A stretch of DNA of 56,519 nucleotides from Candidatus Saccharimonadota bacterium (GTDB lineage: Bacteria; Patescibacteriota; Saccharimonadia; Saccharimonadales; Saccharimonadaceae): assembly GCA_018060465.1 (NCBI GenBank), contig JAGOVX010000001.1:1-56519 (forward strand), given 5' to 3'. The notes below the pieces were generated by a model, which was not told where the DNA came from, searched no databases, and saw only the letters and a program-made list of their open reading frames with translations. Position numbers and translations under genes: made by a program. Below, one piece after another: positions 34,765 through 45,044 of this stretch. The stretch's first letter is position 1, and each line of letters begins with the position of its first letter.

Positions 34765-37395
34765 TTATTTACGGCCTTTTTTACGGTTTTGTCGCTGCGT
34801 TTTCTTCTTTTTTCGTGCCGTATTCTTTACACGATTTACATCACTATTTGCTTTCATTTTTGTGACTTTAAAGTCATCATCGCGATTTGTTTCACCGCCA
34901 CCAAGTTCATTGACACCACGTTCAACAGCAGACTCTGCCAGTCGCGTTAGCTCGGTATCGTGGTCTTCATCAGCCATCGCCAACATATCACTTTTATGAA
35001 CATGCATAATTGCACGTAGAACTTCATCTCGCAGCGTTGCCTGCAATCCATCAAATAGTTTTTGTGATTCCGAACGATATTCTACCAATGGATCTCGCTG
35101 ACCAACACTACGCCAGTGAATACCATCACGTAAATGCTGCATGTTTTCTAGATGCTGCATCCACAAAGTATCGAGTACCTGCAGGTACACGTCTCGTTCT
35201 ACCTTCCGCAGAATTTCGGCGTCAATTTCTTTTTCCTTGTTCTCGTATAGTCCCTCGGCAAATTTCTTTGCTTGTTCAAAACGGGCTACGTCTTTCTTTT
35301 CTTCGCCAATTTTCTCTAGCTCTTTTCGCTCGGCTGGGAATACTGCTTCAAACGCTTCGTAAAACTTTGGGTTGTTCTTTGCTGGCAACACCGTAAGCTC
35401 ACGTACTTTTTCCATCAGCAAACGCTCTATTTCTTCTTTGATGTTTGCGCCTTCAAGAATCTTGCGGCGCATTATGTACACCACTCGTCGATGACGATTT
35501 ATCACGTTATCGTATTGCACTACGTTTTTACGTGTATCGAAATTGTAGCCTTCAACACGTTTTTGTGCAGCTTCTAGCGTCTTTGAAACCGCCTTATTTT
35601 GAATCGGCGTGTCTTCATCTACTCCCAAACGATCCATCAATCCAGCGATTCTCTCGCCTTGGAAAATGCGCATTAGATCGTCTTCGGTTGAAACAAAAAA
35701 CTGTGTTTCGCCTGGGTCACCTTGACGACCACCACGACCACGCAGCTGATTATCAATACGTCGAGATTCGTGACGCTCGGAACCTATCACTACCAAACCG
35801 CCTAGTTCTACAACACCTTTTGCCAACTTGATATCTGTACCACGACCAGCAATATTTGTGGCCAATGTTACGGCGCCTTTTTCACCTGCCTTTTCAATAA
35901 TGGCCGCTTCACGTTCATTATTTTTTGCATTCAAAATTTCGTAAGGAATTTTTTCTTTATCCAACCACTGCGCTATCAATTCGTTTTTTGCAATACTCGC
36001 CGAACCTACTAGTACCGGACGACCAGCCTTGTGATGCTCGTTTATGGCTTTTGCGACTGCTTTTAATTTGCCTTTTTCGGTTTTAAAAATCAGATCTTCT
36101 TTGTCGTTACGTACAACTGGCCGATTCGATGGAATTTGAATTACATCCAAACTATAAATCTGCTGAAATTCTTCGGCTTCTGTAAACGCAGTACCTGTCA
36201 TGCCACTTAGCTTGTTGTACAAACGGAAATAGTTCTGGAACGAAATTGTTGCAAGGGTCATGCTCTCCTCCAGCACAGCCACATTTTCCTTGGCCTCGAT
36301 AGCCTGGTGCAAGCCTTCATTGTAGCGACGCCCTTGCATCAAACGACCAGTGTGTTCGTCTACAATCACCACTTCACCTTGATTGGTAACCACGTAGTCT
36401 TTGTCGCGCTTGAAAATAGCTTGTGCCTTTAACGCTTGATCCATGTGATACACGGTACGCACGTATTCTGGAGTGAACAAGTTTTTTATGCCCAACAACT
36501 TTTGGATTTTTTCTACACCAATGTCTGACAACGCGACGCTACGCCGCTTTTCGTCCAAAATATAATCTTCCTCTACTAGCTTTGCGGCAATCTTTGCAAA
36601 CTGATAATAACTCTCTGGGTTTTCGGCAGCTGGTGCCGAGATAATAAGCGGCGTACGAGCTTCGTCAATAAGAATCGAGTCAACCTCGTCAACGATCGCA
36701 AAGTTGAGTTCACGCTGGCGTAGCAATTCAACATCATCCACCATATTGTCACGTAGGTAATCGAATCCAAATTCATTGTTCGTACCATACGTAATATCAG
36801 CCATGTAGGCTTCCTTTCGCGTACACGGACGTAGCTTGCGCATGCGTGGATCATCGTGAGCTTCATTGTCGTAATCTTTGTCATACATAAATGATGCTTC
36901 GTTAATAATACATGCCGTCGTCATGCCCAAGAAATCAAATAGCTTTCCATTCCAGCCAGTGTCGCGCTGTGCCAAGTAATCATTGACCGTTACGATATGG
37001 ACACCCTTGCCCTCGAGTGCATTCAGATATGCCGGTAATGTAGCAACCAAGGTTTTACCTTCACCGGTTTTCATTTCTGCTACATTTCCTTCGTGCAAGG
37101 CCATACCGCCAATCAGCTGTACGTCAAAATGTCGCATACCCAACACACGATCACTCGCCTCACGAACCAACGCAAAGGCGTCTGGCAATATATCATCCAG
37201 TTTCGTGCCTTTTTTCTCTAATCGTTTGCGTAGAATCTGCGTTTGTTTTGGCAAATCAGTTTTTTTGAATTTCCTGTATTTAGCTTCTAGATCGTTGACC
37301 GCTTTCACCTTTTTTTCAAGGCCCTTAACAATCCGTTTTTGCGGATCACCAAAGATTTTTGTCAAAACTTTTTGCCTGTTCAAACTAGCAGCCAT
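34765..37395 (-). CDS. secA: Preprotein translocase ATPase SecA
   Basis: 876 aa with LHEGNVAEMKTGEGKTLVA, FAIVDEVDSILIDEARTPLIIS, TNIAGRGTDIKL and RIDNQLRGRGGRQGDPG. The C-terminus is a Lys/Arg-rich tail without the CxxC zinc finger. Confidence 0.97.
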   Translation of the reverse strand: MAASLNRQKVLTKIFGDPQKRIVKGLEKKVKAVNDLEAKYRKFKKTDLPKQTQILRKRLEKKGTKLDDILPDAFALVREASDRVLGMRHFDVQLIGGMALHEGNVAEMKTGEGKTLVATLPAYLNALEGKGVHIVTVNDYLAQRDTGWNGKLFDFLGMTTACIINEASFMYDKDYDNEAHDDPRMRKLRPCTRKEAYMADITYGTNNEFGFDYLRDNMVDDVELLRQRELNFAIVDEVDSILIDEARTPLIISAPAAENPESYYQFAKIAAKLVEEDYILDEKRRSVALSDIGVEKIQKLLGIKNLFTPEYVRTVYHMDQALKAQAIFKRDKDYVVTNQGEVVIVDEHTGRLMQGRRYNEGLHQAIEAKENVAVLEESMTLATISFQNYFRLYNKLSGMTGTAFTEAEEFQQIYSLDVIQIPSNRPVVRNDKEDLIFKTEKGKLKAVAKAINEHHKAGRPVLVGSASIAKNELIAQWLDKEKIPYEILNAKNNEREAAIIEKAGEKGAVTLATNIAGRGTDIKLAKGVVELGGLVVIGSERHESRRIDNQLRGRGGRQGDPGETQFFVSTEDDLMRIFQGERIAGLMDRLGVDEDTPIQNKAVSKTLEAAQKRVEGYNFDTRKNVVQYDNVINRHRRVVYIMRRKILEGANIKEEIERLLMEKVRELTVLPAKNNPKFYEAFEAVFPAERKELEKIGEEKKDVARFEQAKKFAEGLYENKEKEIDAEILRKVERDVYLQVLDTLWMQHLENMQHLRDGIHWRSVGQRDPLVEYRSESQKLFDGLQATLRDEVLRAIMHVHKSDMLAMADEDHDTELTRLAESAVERGVNELGGGETNRDDDFKVTKMKANSDVNRVKNTARKKKKTQRQNRKKGRK

Positions 37396-37440
37396 ATTCC
37401 CTCACTATTTCTGTAATTAGTCTCTTAAAAACTTCTTACC

Positions 37441-37468
37441 ATTATACCCTTTTTTTTGAATATTAGAA
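37441..37468 (-). promoter_or_regulatory. Possible secA promoter TTCTAA-16 nt-TATAAT
   Basis: On the minus strand, the hexamers are at 37468..37463 and 37446..37441. GAGGGA SD lies just upstream of the ATG at 37395. Confidence 0.35.
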
Positions 37469-37509
37469 AGGGTTCCAAGGCGTGCTTTTGAGTATAAAAC
37501 GATTATCAA

Positions 37510-37884
37510 CTATTGTTCGCGCGCATAGCTTCGCTTGAAGCGACTCAATACCGCGCGAGTCTTGCCGACATGGCCAATGTGTGTGTCCTTGTATTTGCGT
37601 AGCTGATTCGCGAGCTTTGCCTCAACAATATCTACTGCCGCCAGTACATTCAAGGTGGAATCTTTTGCCGTCAATTGCTTTTCAGGAACATGCAGTACCA
37701 CTTCAGCTTCGTACTTATTACCATGCGAACGATTTACTTCCTTCAAGATAACCTCGGCTGTTACACTTTTACGAGCATGACGCGGTAAAAACCTATCGAG
37801 GCGTCCAATCTTTTTACGAACGTATTTTTTTGTCGTGTCATCGAGATCGAATTTGACACCCGTTACACTGATAGAATGGATCAT
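37510..37884 (-). CDS. hpf: Ribosome hibernation factor, short HPF/RaiA (S30AE) type
   Basis: 124 aa with KKYVRKKIGRLDRF...YEAEVVLHVP....AKDSTLNVLAAVDIVEAKLANQLRKYKD. Confidence 0.8.
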   Translation of the reverse strand: MIHSISVTGVKFDLDDTTKKYVRKKIGRLDRFLPRHARKSVTAEVILKEVNRSHGNKYEAEVVLHVPEKQLTAKDSTLNVLAAVDIVEAKLANQLRKYKDTHIGHVGKTRAVLSRFKRSYAREQ

Positions 37885-37933
37885 ATACCCTCCTTTTTAG
37901 GTTAGGTCTGGTACTCCTAGTATAGCATTTATG

Positions 37934-39178
37934 CTATACTTTTTCGCGACCACCCATGTATGGGCGAAGGGCTTCAGGCACCGTGAGGCTGCCGTCGTCG
38001 TTTTGGTAGTTTTCAAGAATCGTAATAAGCCCGCGCGCCAATGAAATCGCCGTCCCATTCAATGTATGCGCCACTTCTACGCTGCCGTTGTTGCGGCGAA
38101 CGCGGATGTTAAGATTACGCGCCTGAAAATCGGTGCAGTTACTGCAGCTTGTAAGCTCGCGGTACGTTTCATCAACTGGCGACCAATATTCTATATCGTA
38201 TTTTTTGGCTGCTGGTGCGCCCAAATCGCCGGCCGCGATATTGATCACGTGATACGAAATCCCCAGGCTCTGCCACAATTCTTCTTCGAGTGCCAAAATA
38301 CGTTCGTGCATATCCTTGCTGGCTTCGGGCAAGGTAAAGGCGTACATTTCGAGTTTGTTAAATTGATGTACGCGGAATAATCCACGAGTGTGTTTGCCGT
38401 AGGTGCCGGCTTCTTTTCGGTAGCATGGGCTAAGTCCTGCGTAGAGCAGCGGCAAATCTTTTTCGTCTAAAATCTCATCGGCATGATAGCCCGTAAGCGG
38501 TGCTTCGGCAGTGCCGATCATAGTAAGATCGGTATCTTCGACAAAATATTCGTTGCCGCTCGCGTCCCCCTTGGGTGCAAACCCTGCGCCTTCGGCAGTT
38601 TTTGCATTCACCATGTGTGGCACTGTCAGCAAGCGAAATCCTCGTTCGTTCACGAAATTGATACCATACTGAATCATCGCTTGTTCCAGTAGTGCAAGTT
38701 CGCCCTTTAAGAAGTAAAATTTCGCCCCAGCTACCTTGGCGCCACGTTCAAAATCTACCCAATCACGTGCCAGCGCAAAATCCAGGTGATCTTTAGCGCC
38801 GGTTTTTTGCCCACCGACTTTTTTAATCTCAACAGAATCTTCTTCGCCACCCGGTGGCACATCATCCATAGTGACATTCGGAATCACATTCAAAATCGCC
38901 ATGTACTTGCTATCAACCGATGAAAAGTCTGCTTCCAGTGCACTCAGATCTTCCTTGATCGCCTTGCCCTGCTCGATCAATTCTGGTGTTGGCTTGCCGC
39001 CCTTCATGCTCGAGGCAATCGTGTTGCGTTCTTCGCGCAAACCATCGACCTTTTGTTGCAATTCCCGCCGCTCATCGTCGAGTTTCAAAAGATCAGCTAC
39101 ACTGACAGAGTACCCTTTGCTAGTGGCTGCGGCCTGAACTTTTTCAGCATTTTCCCGAATAAAACGAATATCTAACAT
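37934..39178 (-). CDS. serS: Serine--tRNA ligase
   Basis: MLDIRFIRENAEKV, an N-terminal coiled-coil arm, and class II motifs (FRVHQFNKLEMY, GSG ... TLNGTAISLAR). Confidence 0.95.
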   Translation of the reverse strand: MLDIRFIRENAEKVQAAATSKGYSVSVADLLKLDDERRELQQKVDGLREERNTIASSMKGGKPTPELIEQGKAIKEDLSALEADFSSVDSKYMAILNVIPNVTMDDVPPGGEEDSVEIKKVGGQKTGAKDHLDFALARDWVDFERGAKVAGAKFYFLKGELALLEQAMIQYGINFVNERGFRLLTVPHMVNAKTAEGAGFAPKGDASGNEYFVEDTDLTMIGTAEAPLTGYHADEILDEKDLPLLYAGLSPCYRKEAGTYGKHTRGLFRVHQFNKLEMYAFTLPEASKDMHERILALEEELWQSLGISYHVINIAAGDLGAPAAKKYDIEYWSPVDETYRELTSCSNCTDFQARNLNIRVRRNNGSVEVAHTLNGTAISLARGLITILENYQNDDGSLTVPEALRPYMGGREKV

Positions 39179-39215
39179 ACCACTAATTATACTTGATTTC
39201 GATTGTCAGCGCGAC

Positions 39216-40595
39216 CTATTCAGTGCGTAATGCTTCAATCGGGTCAAGCTTGGCGGCTTTTCGAGCCGGAAACCAGCCTGCCAACATAGCAACAACAACA
39301 AGCGCCATGATCAACGCAGCGATTGGAAGCATCTGGAATATAAGCAAGTAATTACCATCGCCTAGGCTAAGTTGCTTCGTAATAAGCGGGTTCAACGCCG
39401 ATCCTACCAACCACGCCACCACCGCACCGATGATACCTCCTAGCAGTCCAATCCAGGCTGCCTCGAATTGGAAAAGTCTACTGACATGACGACCACGCAT
39501 ACCCAGGGCTTTCATCAAGCCAATCTCGCGCGTTCGTTCAAGTACTGAAATGTACTGCGTATTTATAATTCCAAACAAACTAGCGATCAACGCAATTACG
39601 CCAAACCCTGCGACTACTCCCTGCAATGTATTCACAATTGTAAATAGTAGCCCTTGCAAATCTTGCGCAGTTTTTGCAACGATATATTCCTTGTTGTGAT
39701 GCGCATTGTAAACTGCTTTAAACGAGTTTTTGACTGTCTCGGTTTTGTAGCCAGATGCAACTTTTACTGTTGCCGTGATGTAGTGCTGGTAATTATCTGT
39801 ACCCTTGGTAATGTAATCTGAAAGCTCCTTCGCTTTTGCTTCCGATAAGAATAAGCCGTTGCTCGCAGAAAGTGCCGTAGATGATTTTGCACTTACCGCC
39901 ACAACTTTTAGTGATATGTCCTTGGATTCGCCTGCAAATCTTCTACTAAGGCCCCCGATACCCTCAGTTTGCAGAATGGTTTGAAGCTCGGCCTGAGATG
40001 GCTGGTTTGCAGACTTGACTACATGCAAGGTTATGGTTGTACCGATCATCTTTTTAGGTGTAATCTTTAGCTGATTTGCATAACTTTCCGGCACTACCAC
40101 ACCATCGGTGGCAATTTGTGTGCCAAGTTTTGGCAATGAACCGGCCGCAGTTTCAGCACGGATACTAGGATCGTACGCTGTTACATCAGTCGTGTATTTT
40201 TTCGAATTGCCCTGAAATTGCAAATACTGCACTGGCACTATGTAAGTCGGCGTAACCGCTACGACGCCTTTTGTGCCGCGTACCAACGCCAAATCTTTTG
40301 CATTTAAACTTTTAAATGTTGCGCCACTATACTGCGTGGCTCCTGGCGAATATTCTTTCAATCCACCACTGATAGCACTGCCGAAAATGCTCGGATCTTT
40401 GGCGATAAAAATACTTTGCGGGTCAACATTACTTTGTATAAGCTTTTGTGCATACTGCCGCGCACCTTCGCCCGCAGCCAAACTTAGCGTAATAGTGAAT
40501 GCACCTACTGCGATTGCTAAGCTGGTTAAAATTGTACGCCCTTTTGAATTTTTCAGGCTTCTCCCTGCTCTTGCAAAAATATCTCGGTACTTCAT
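39216..40595 (-). CDS. MacB/FtsX-type ABC transporter permease with a large periplasmic domain
   Basis: N-terminal TM, an extracytoplasmic domain of about 280 aa, and a C-terminal FtsX 3-TM bundle (ERTREIGLMKALGMRG). Confidence 0.8.
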   Translation of the reverse strand: MKYRDIFARAGRSLKNSKGRTILTSLAIAVGAFTITLSLAAGEGARQYAQKLIQSNVDPQSIFIAKDPSIFGSAISGGLKEYSPGATQYSGATFKSLNAKDLALVRGTKGVVAVTPTYIVPVQYLQFQGNSKKYTTDVTAYDPSIRAETAAGSLPKLGTQIATDGVVVPESYANQLKITPKKMIGTTITLHVVKSANQPSQAELQTILQTEGIGGLSRRFAGESKDISLKVVAVSAKSSTALSASNGLFLSEAKAKELSDYITKGTDNYQHYITATVKVASGYKTETVKNSFKAVYNAHHNKEYIVAKTAQDLQGLLFTIVNTLQGVVAGFGVIALIASLFGIINTQYISVLERTREIGLMKALGMRGRHVSRLFQFEAAWIGLLGGIIGAVVAWLVGSALNPLITKQLSLGDGNYLLIFQMLPIAALIMALVVVAMLAGWFPARKAAKLDPIEALRTE

Positions 40596-41281
40596 GATTT
40601 TTTACCTCGCTTTGGCGCATCTACGATCTTACCGTCTTTTATATATATCTGGCGATCACACTTTGCCGCCAATTCTAGGTCATGTGTCACGATAACCAAC
40701 GTCGCACCTAGCTTTTTGTTAAACGAAAATAGCAAATCTTCTATTTTTTCACCCGTGGCACTGTCTAGGTTGCCTGTCGGTTCATCTGCAAAAATAATGC
40801 TTGGCTTGTTCACAATGGCACGAGCAATAGCAAGCCGCTGCTTTTGTCCTCCCGATAAATTCTTGGCTTTTTCATTAGCTTTTTCTGCCAAATCAACCGC
40901 TTTTAAGGCTGCTGCTATTCGCGTTCTTCGTTCGACCGTTGATACGTGTGTAATCTCAAGTGGTAAGCTAACATTCTGCGCACACGTCTCGTTTGCCTGC
41001 ACAAAAAACGACTGAAATATAAAGCCAATTTTTTCAGCCCGAAATGTATCGAGCGCCTTGTTTTTCAAACTTGAAAGGTCCAGCCCATCCACAGTAATTG
41101 ACCCACTAGTGATACGATCTAGCCCGCTCATTACGTGCATCAAGGTACTTTTACCTGAACCAGATTTACCCACAATCGCTACCGATGCGCCATCCGCAAT
41201 CTGCAAACTAACCTCATCAAGTGCCGTAAATAGTTGGTTCTTTTTGCCATATATTTTCGAAACGTGCTGTAAATCTATCAT
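40592..41281 (-). CDS. ABC transporter ATP-binding protein (MacB/LolD-like)
   Basis: GKSGSGKSTL, LSGGQKQRLAIARA, IIFADEPTGNLD. Confidence 0.9.
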   Translation of the reverse strand: MIDLQHVSKIYGKKNQLFTALDEVSLQIADGASVAIVGKSGSGKSTLMHVMSGLDRITSGSITVDGLDLSSLKNKALDTFRAEKIGFIFQSFFVQANETCAQNVSLPLEITHVSTVERRTRIAAALKAVDLAEKANEKAKNLSGGQKQRLAIARAIVNKPSIIFADEPTGNLDSATGEKIEDLLFSFNKKLGATLVIVTHDLELAAKCDRQIYIKDGKIVDAPKRGKKS

Positions 41282-42459
41282 TGTGTAACCTTCTTCTCTT
41301 TCTGAGCAATTGAAGGCGCCTTGTATGCATCCCCCGTATACAATTTTGGTACCTGTAGTATGTACATACCCACGCCGCTAAATACCATCAGAATCCACAC
41401 AACCACTCCCATAAAAGGAATAGCCAGTAATATGATGAGCAACAACGCACCAACTAATGCCCGTAGCAAGATACTAGTGCTATGCCTACCATATACTTTT
41501 GTACCTATAAAATAAGCAAATGTTGCTGGCGAAACCGCGATCAAAAGTAGCCACATCAGGAAAATGACATAGCCGACAATCGTACCAAAACCAGTAACTA
41601 GTAGCAGTATGGCGGTAATTGGTGCTACTACGATTGTTGCAAAACCAAGTGTGAGTGCAATGGCAAATTTACCCCAATTGATATCACCCGCCGCATGCAA
41701 CTGTCGAGGCATTGCAATGGCAACTACAAGTGCCACAGCAGCGACCGCCAGCAGTGCAAAAACCAAGAATCCTGAGTCGACCATCGACCGTGAAGCGCTG
41801 TTGCTCGATCCATTTTGTAACGTAAATGTAGTTTTGCCAGCCACAAGCGCCTTTGGTAATGACGCTTGTTTGGCGGCTGAATAGTGGAAGTCCCCACCTA
41901 CTCGAGATGTAGCGCCTGCATTGAATGTCTCGAAGCTTGTTTCAACATTTCGCCCAATCGTACCTTTCACTACTAGATCACCCGCAACCGCCGTCATATC
42001 ACGACCCACAGTGCCATCTATAGTCAAACTTCCTGCTGCACCCGTAAAATCACCGGCCAATTTCATATTTGCAGCAGCAACAACATCACCACCAAGGGCA
42101 GAAATAGCACCCTGTATCGTACCGCCTATCGTCACATTCGCGCCCGCTACTCGCACATTACCCTTTACGATACCGCCAATTTTTACAGTATTACCAGCGC
42201 ACAGCACGTCACCCATAATAGTTCCCTCTACACGAACAGAGTTGCCCGCGCAGTACAAGTCTCCCTTTACTGTGCCTTGTACGACAACATTATTGCCCGC
42301 TACATATGCCGATCCATCCACTACTTTGTCGCTTGCAAGCGTACTCGTAGAGCCCTCAGAGGCAATATATACCGCTCCGGCAGATGCCCGAACAGCCCAA
42401 GCCATACCAACCACAAGCACAAACACCAATGCGGCAATAAATTTCCATCGTGTCTTCAC
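41278..42459 (-). CDS. Membrane protein with an extracytoplasmic bactofilin-like (polymer-forming, beta-helical) repeat domain and about 6 C-terminal TM (GTG start)
   Basis: A tandem pattern of about 20 aa: GNNVVVQGTVKGDLYCAGNSVRVEGTIMGDVLCAGNTVKIGGIVKGNVRVAGANVTIGGTIQG... AGAGGGGGA SD lies 7 nt upstream of the GTG. Confidence 0.55.
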   Translation of the reverse strand: MKTRWKFIAALVFVLVVGMAWAVRASAGAVYIASEGSTSTLASDKVVDGSAYVAGNNVVVQGTVKGDLYCAGNSVRVEGTIMGDVLCAGNTVKIGGIVKGNVRVAGANVTIGGTIQGAISALGGDVVAAANMKLAGDFTGAAGSLTIDGTVGRDMTAVAGDLVVKGTIGRNVETSFETFNAGATSRVGGDFHYSAAKQASLPKALVAGKTTFTLQNGSSNSASRSMVDSGFLVFALLAVAAVALVVAIAMPRQLHAAGDINWGKFAIALTLGFATIVVAPITAILLLVTGFGTIVGYVIFLMWLLLIAVSPATFAYFIGTKVYGRHSTSILLRALVGALLLIILLAIPFMGVVVWILMVFSGVGMYILQVPKLYTGDAYKAPSIAQKEKKVTQ

Positions 42460-42488
42460 TGCACTATCCCCCTCTTTCTATATGGTAT

Positions 42489-42517
42489 ATTGTACGCGTC
42501 TCGAAAATAGTTTACAA
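42489..42517 (-). promoter_or_regulatory. Sigma-70-type promoter TTGTAA-17 nt-TACAAT for the 42459-39216 operon
   Basis: On the minus strand, TTGTAA is at 42517..42512 and TACAAT at 42494..42489. Confidence 0.5.
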
Positions 42518-42518
42518 A

Positions 42519-43403
42519 CTAGCACCCGAATAGGCAGGGCTGCGCTAATAACGTAAGTCCTGCCAGCCCGCATAGTGCCCCTGCTATCTTGTAGCCTAAG
42601 TTCTCCTTTTCGTGCAATATAACGTACGCGGCGATCAAAACAGTTACTGTCAGAAAATTACTCCCTGCATTCATGACTGTCGGGCTGGCAACGAGCAGTA
42701 ATGCCAATGCAAACGACACAGAACGCAGTATCCCAAAAATTCCATATCCAAAAATTGCGTTGCGATATTTTTTGCGACGCAAAAACGCCGGCACACGACG
42801 TATGTCTTTGTACGAAAATATAATCATCCATATGGCCTGTAGCCCCCATCCATACAAAAAATACGTACCAAGCTGCACTGTGTTAAGCGCAATTTTTTCA
42901 ATAAACGTCGCAAACCCTATAATCACCATTGCCATAAGTGCAATCAGTATCCCGCCTAGCTTGGCATGTTGCTTCGAGCGTATATCGGGCCATACTGCCA
43001 GCAATCCCGAAATAGCCAGCAATACTACCCCACCTAGCTGCGCCAAGCCTAGTCGCTCATCAATAACCATATACGAAATCGCCAGCGTTACAAATGCACT
43101 CATATCTGTAATCATGGATAAAATTCCAGCGTCTAGATCTTTCGAGGCACGAAATGTTGCCATGAAATACAGGGGCCATACAGCACTAACAGCCAGCAGC
43201 AGCCAAACTGCATTCCATCCCGGAAAAAACGTGTGCGGCAAACTAAGCCCAAGCACCAACGCCACGGGCAGCAAAAATACAACGTAAAACACCAGGTTTA
43301 TCAACGCATTGTCCTGGGGGATGCGCTGCGCCAAATAGCGTCGCAATAGAAAAGATGCAGTCCCAAATACAAAGAAAAATGATAACGGCACTAGCCAAGA
43401 CAT
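42519..43403 (-). CDS. DMT/EamA family transporter (10 TM)
   Basis: 294 aa, hydrophobic throughout, with the two 5-TM repeats typical of EamA. Confidence 0.65.
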   Translation of the reverse strand: MSWLVPLSFFFVFGTASFLLRRYLAQRIPQDNALINLVFYVVFLLPVALVLGLSLPHTFFPGWNAVWLLLAVSAVWPLYFMATFRASKDLDAGILSMITDMSAFVTLAISYMVIDERLGLAQLGGVVLLAISGLLAVWPDIRSKQHAKLGGILIALMAMVIIGFATFIEKIALNTVQLGTYFLYGWGLQAIWMIIFSYKDIRRVPAFLRRKKYRNAIFGYGIFGILRSVSFALALLLVASPTVMNAGSNFLTVTVLIAAYVILHEKENLGYKIAGALCGLAGLTLLAQPCLFGC

Positions 43404-43420
43404 TTCAATGTTCCTATCAT

Positions 43421-44923
43421 TTATAGCTTCAAATCAGGATAAATTGCCTTCGTCGTTTCATCAATTTCGTGCTTTAGCTGAGGGAATGGCACGCCTTCGC
43501 GAGCGGTGACGCCTTCGAAAATCCAGAACACGCGTTCGCTGTGACCCCAGCCACAAGCTGGTGGCATACCATATTCGAGCATCTCCACATAATCGATATC
43601 CAGCATCATCGCTTCGTCATCGCCGCTATCGCGCATAGTTTGCTGCTCGACAAAACGCTGCAATTGGTCGATCGGGTCGTTCAATTCACTAAAGCCGTTG
43701 CCCAGCTCGCTACCGGCAATCACTGGCTGGAAGCGTTCCACCACGTTTTCATTCTCGGGGTTAGTTTTCGCCAGAGGGGAAATAAATTTAGGCGTGTTCA
43801 CCAGCCAAACTGGCCCGGTGACATCTTTGCGAATATTCTTCCATAATTTGTCGATGCTGCGCGGAATACTATCGGCTTTTTCAACCTCGAGTCCGTGTTC
43901 TTTTAGCTTGCCAGCTACTTCTTCAATGGTCGTATTGTACACATCAACGCCGTAATGTTTTTGAATCACCTCAGCATAATCCCACACTTCCCACTCGCCT
44001 GACATATCAACGTTAAATTTGCCAAGCGTGAACTGCAATGTGCCGAAGGTTTCTTGCAAACTATATTTGTACATTTCTTCCATAAACTTGCGGCCGTCGT
44101 TCCAGTTCCAGTACGCCGCATACCATTCCATTGCCACGTGCTCGGGCAAATGTTCATCGGTATAATTTTCGTTCCGAAAGCGTGGGCCAAGGTCGTACAC
44201 CTTTTCAAAGCCAGCACCTAGCAAACGCTTGAGCGGCAATTCATGACTAATACGAAGATAAAATTGCTGGTCGTCGAGTGCGTCCATGTGTGTCACAAAT
44301 GGATTCGCATCGGCACCACCAGTAGTGTGTTCGAGCACCGGAATATTTACTTCAACAAAACCATCATCATCTAAAAATTTGCGTGTGGCTTGCCAAAACT
44401 TGCTACGTCGTACAAATCGATCGCGCACGTCTTGGTTTACGTTCATATCAACATAACGACGACGAAAACGTTCTTCTTTGTTTTCCAGCTTTTCAGGCAT
44501 CGGCCGCAAAGCTTTGGTAAGTAGCCGCAGCTCGCGCACGCCAACCGATTTTTCACCAGTTTGCGTAGTAACCATTTGGCCAGTTGCTTGCAAAAAATCA
44601 CCGGTATCAAGCAGTTTCAGCTGCTTCATGCCTAGCACGCCACGCGGCGCGTCGAGTTCGGCGACGTCATCTTTTTGCAAGTATAGTTGCACCTCGCCGC
44701 TCATGTCACGCAGTTTTATAAACGCCAATTTTCCAAAACTACGAATCGAAACAATCCGGCCAACCACGTTCACAGCCTGACCTTGCAGTTGATCAAATTC
44801 ATCAATCACTTGCTTACAGGTATGCGTTCGCTCGCTTTTCGCTGGGTATGGGTCAACGCCCAGTACTCTAAGCTCTTGTAGTTTGCGTAATCGTTCGTCT
44901 CGATAATCTTGTAGTGTAGCCAT
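43421..44923 (-). CDS. lysS: Lysine--tRNA ligase, class II
   Basis: OB-fold N-domain (VNVVGRIVSIRSFGKLAFIKLRD.SGEVQLY) and class II core (YLRISHELPLKRLL..., ELGNGFSELNDP, GWGHSERV...). Confidence 0.95.
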   Translation of the reverse strand: MATLQDYRDERLRKLQELRVLGVDPYPAKSERTHTCKQVIDEFDQLQGQAVNVVGRIVSIRSFGKLAFIKLRDMSGEVQLYLQKDDVAELDAPRGVLGMKQLKLLDTGDFLQATGQMVTTQTGEKSVGVRELRLLTKALRPMPEKLENKEERFRRRYVDMNVNQDVRDRFVRRSKFWQATRKFLDDDGFVEVNIPVLEHTTGGADANPFVTHMDALDDQQFYLRISHELPLKRLLGAGFEKVYDLGPRFRNENYTDEHLPEHVAMEWYAAYWNWNDGRKFMEEMYKYSLQETFGTLQFTLGKFNVDMSGEWEVWDYAEVIQKHYGVDVYNTTIEEVAGKLKEHGLEVEKADSIPRSIDKLWKNIRKDVTGPVWLVNTPKFISPLAKTNPENENVVERFQPVIAGSELGNGFSELNDPIDQLQRFVEQQTMRDSGDDEAMMLDIDYVEMLEYGMPPACGWGHSERVFWIFEGVTAREGVPFPQLKHEIDETTKAIYPDLKL

Positions 44924-45044
44924 AACTACTTGTTAGTATACCCTACCTCTGTAATATTTACTAGCAAAAACATCGTAAGCTACTTGTGCTTCACGAATCT
45001 AAATGGTTTAATGTATGTAATACTACAGCGTAAACAAACATATC

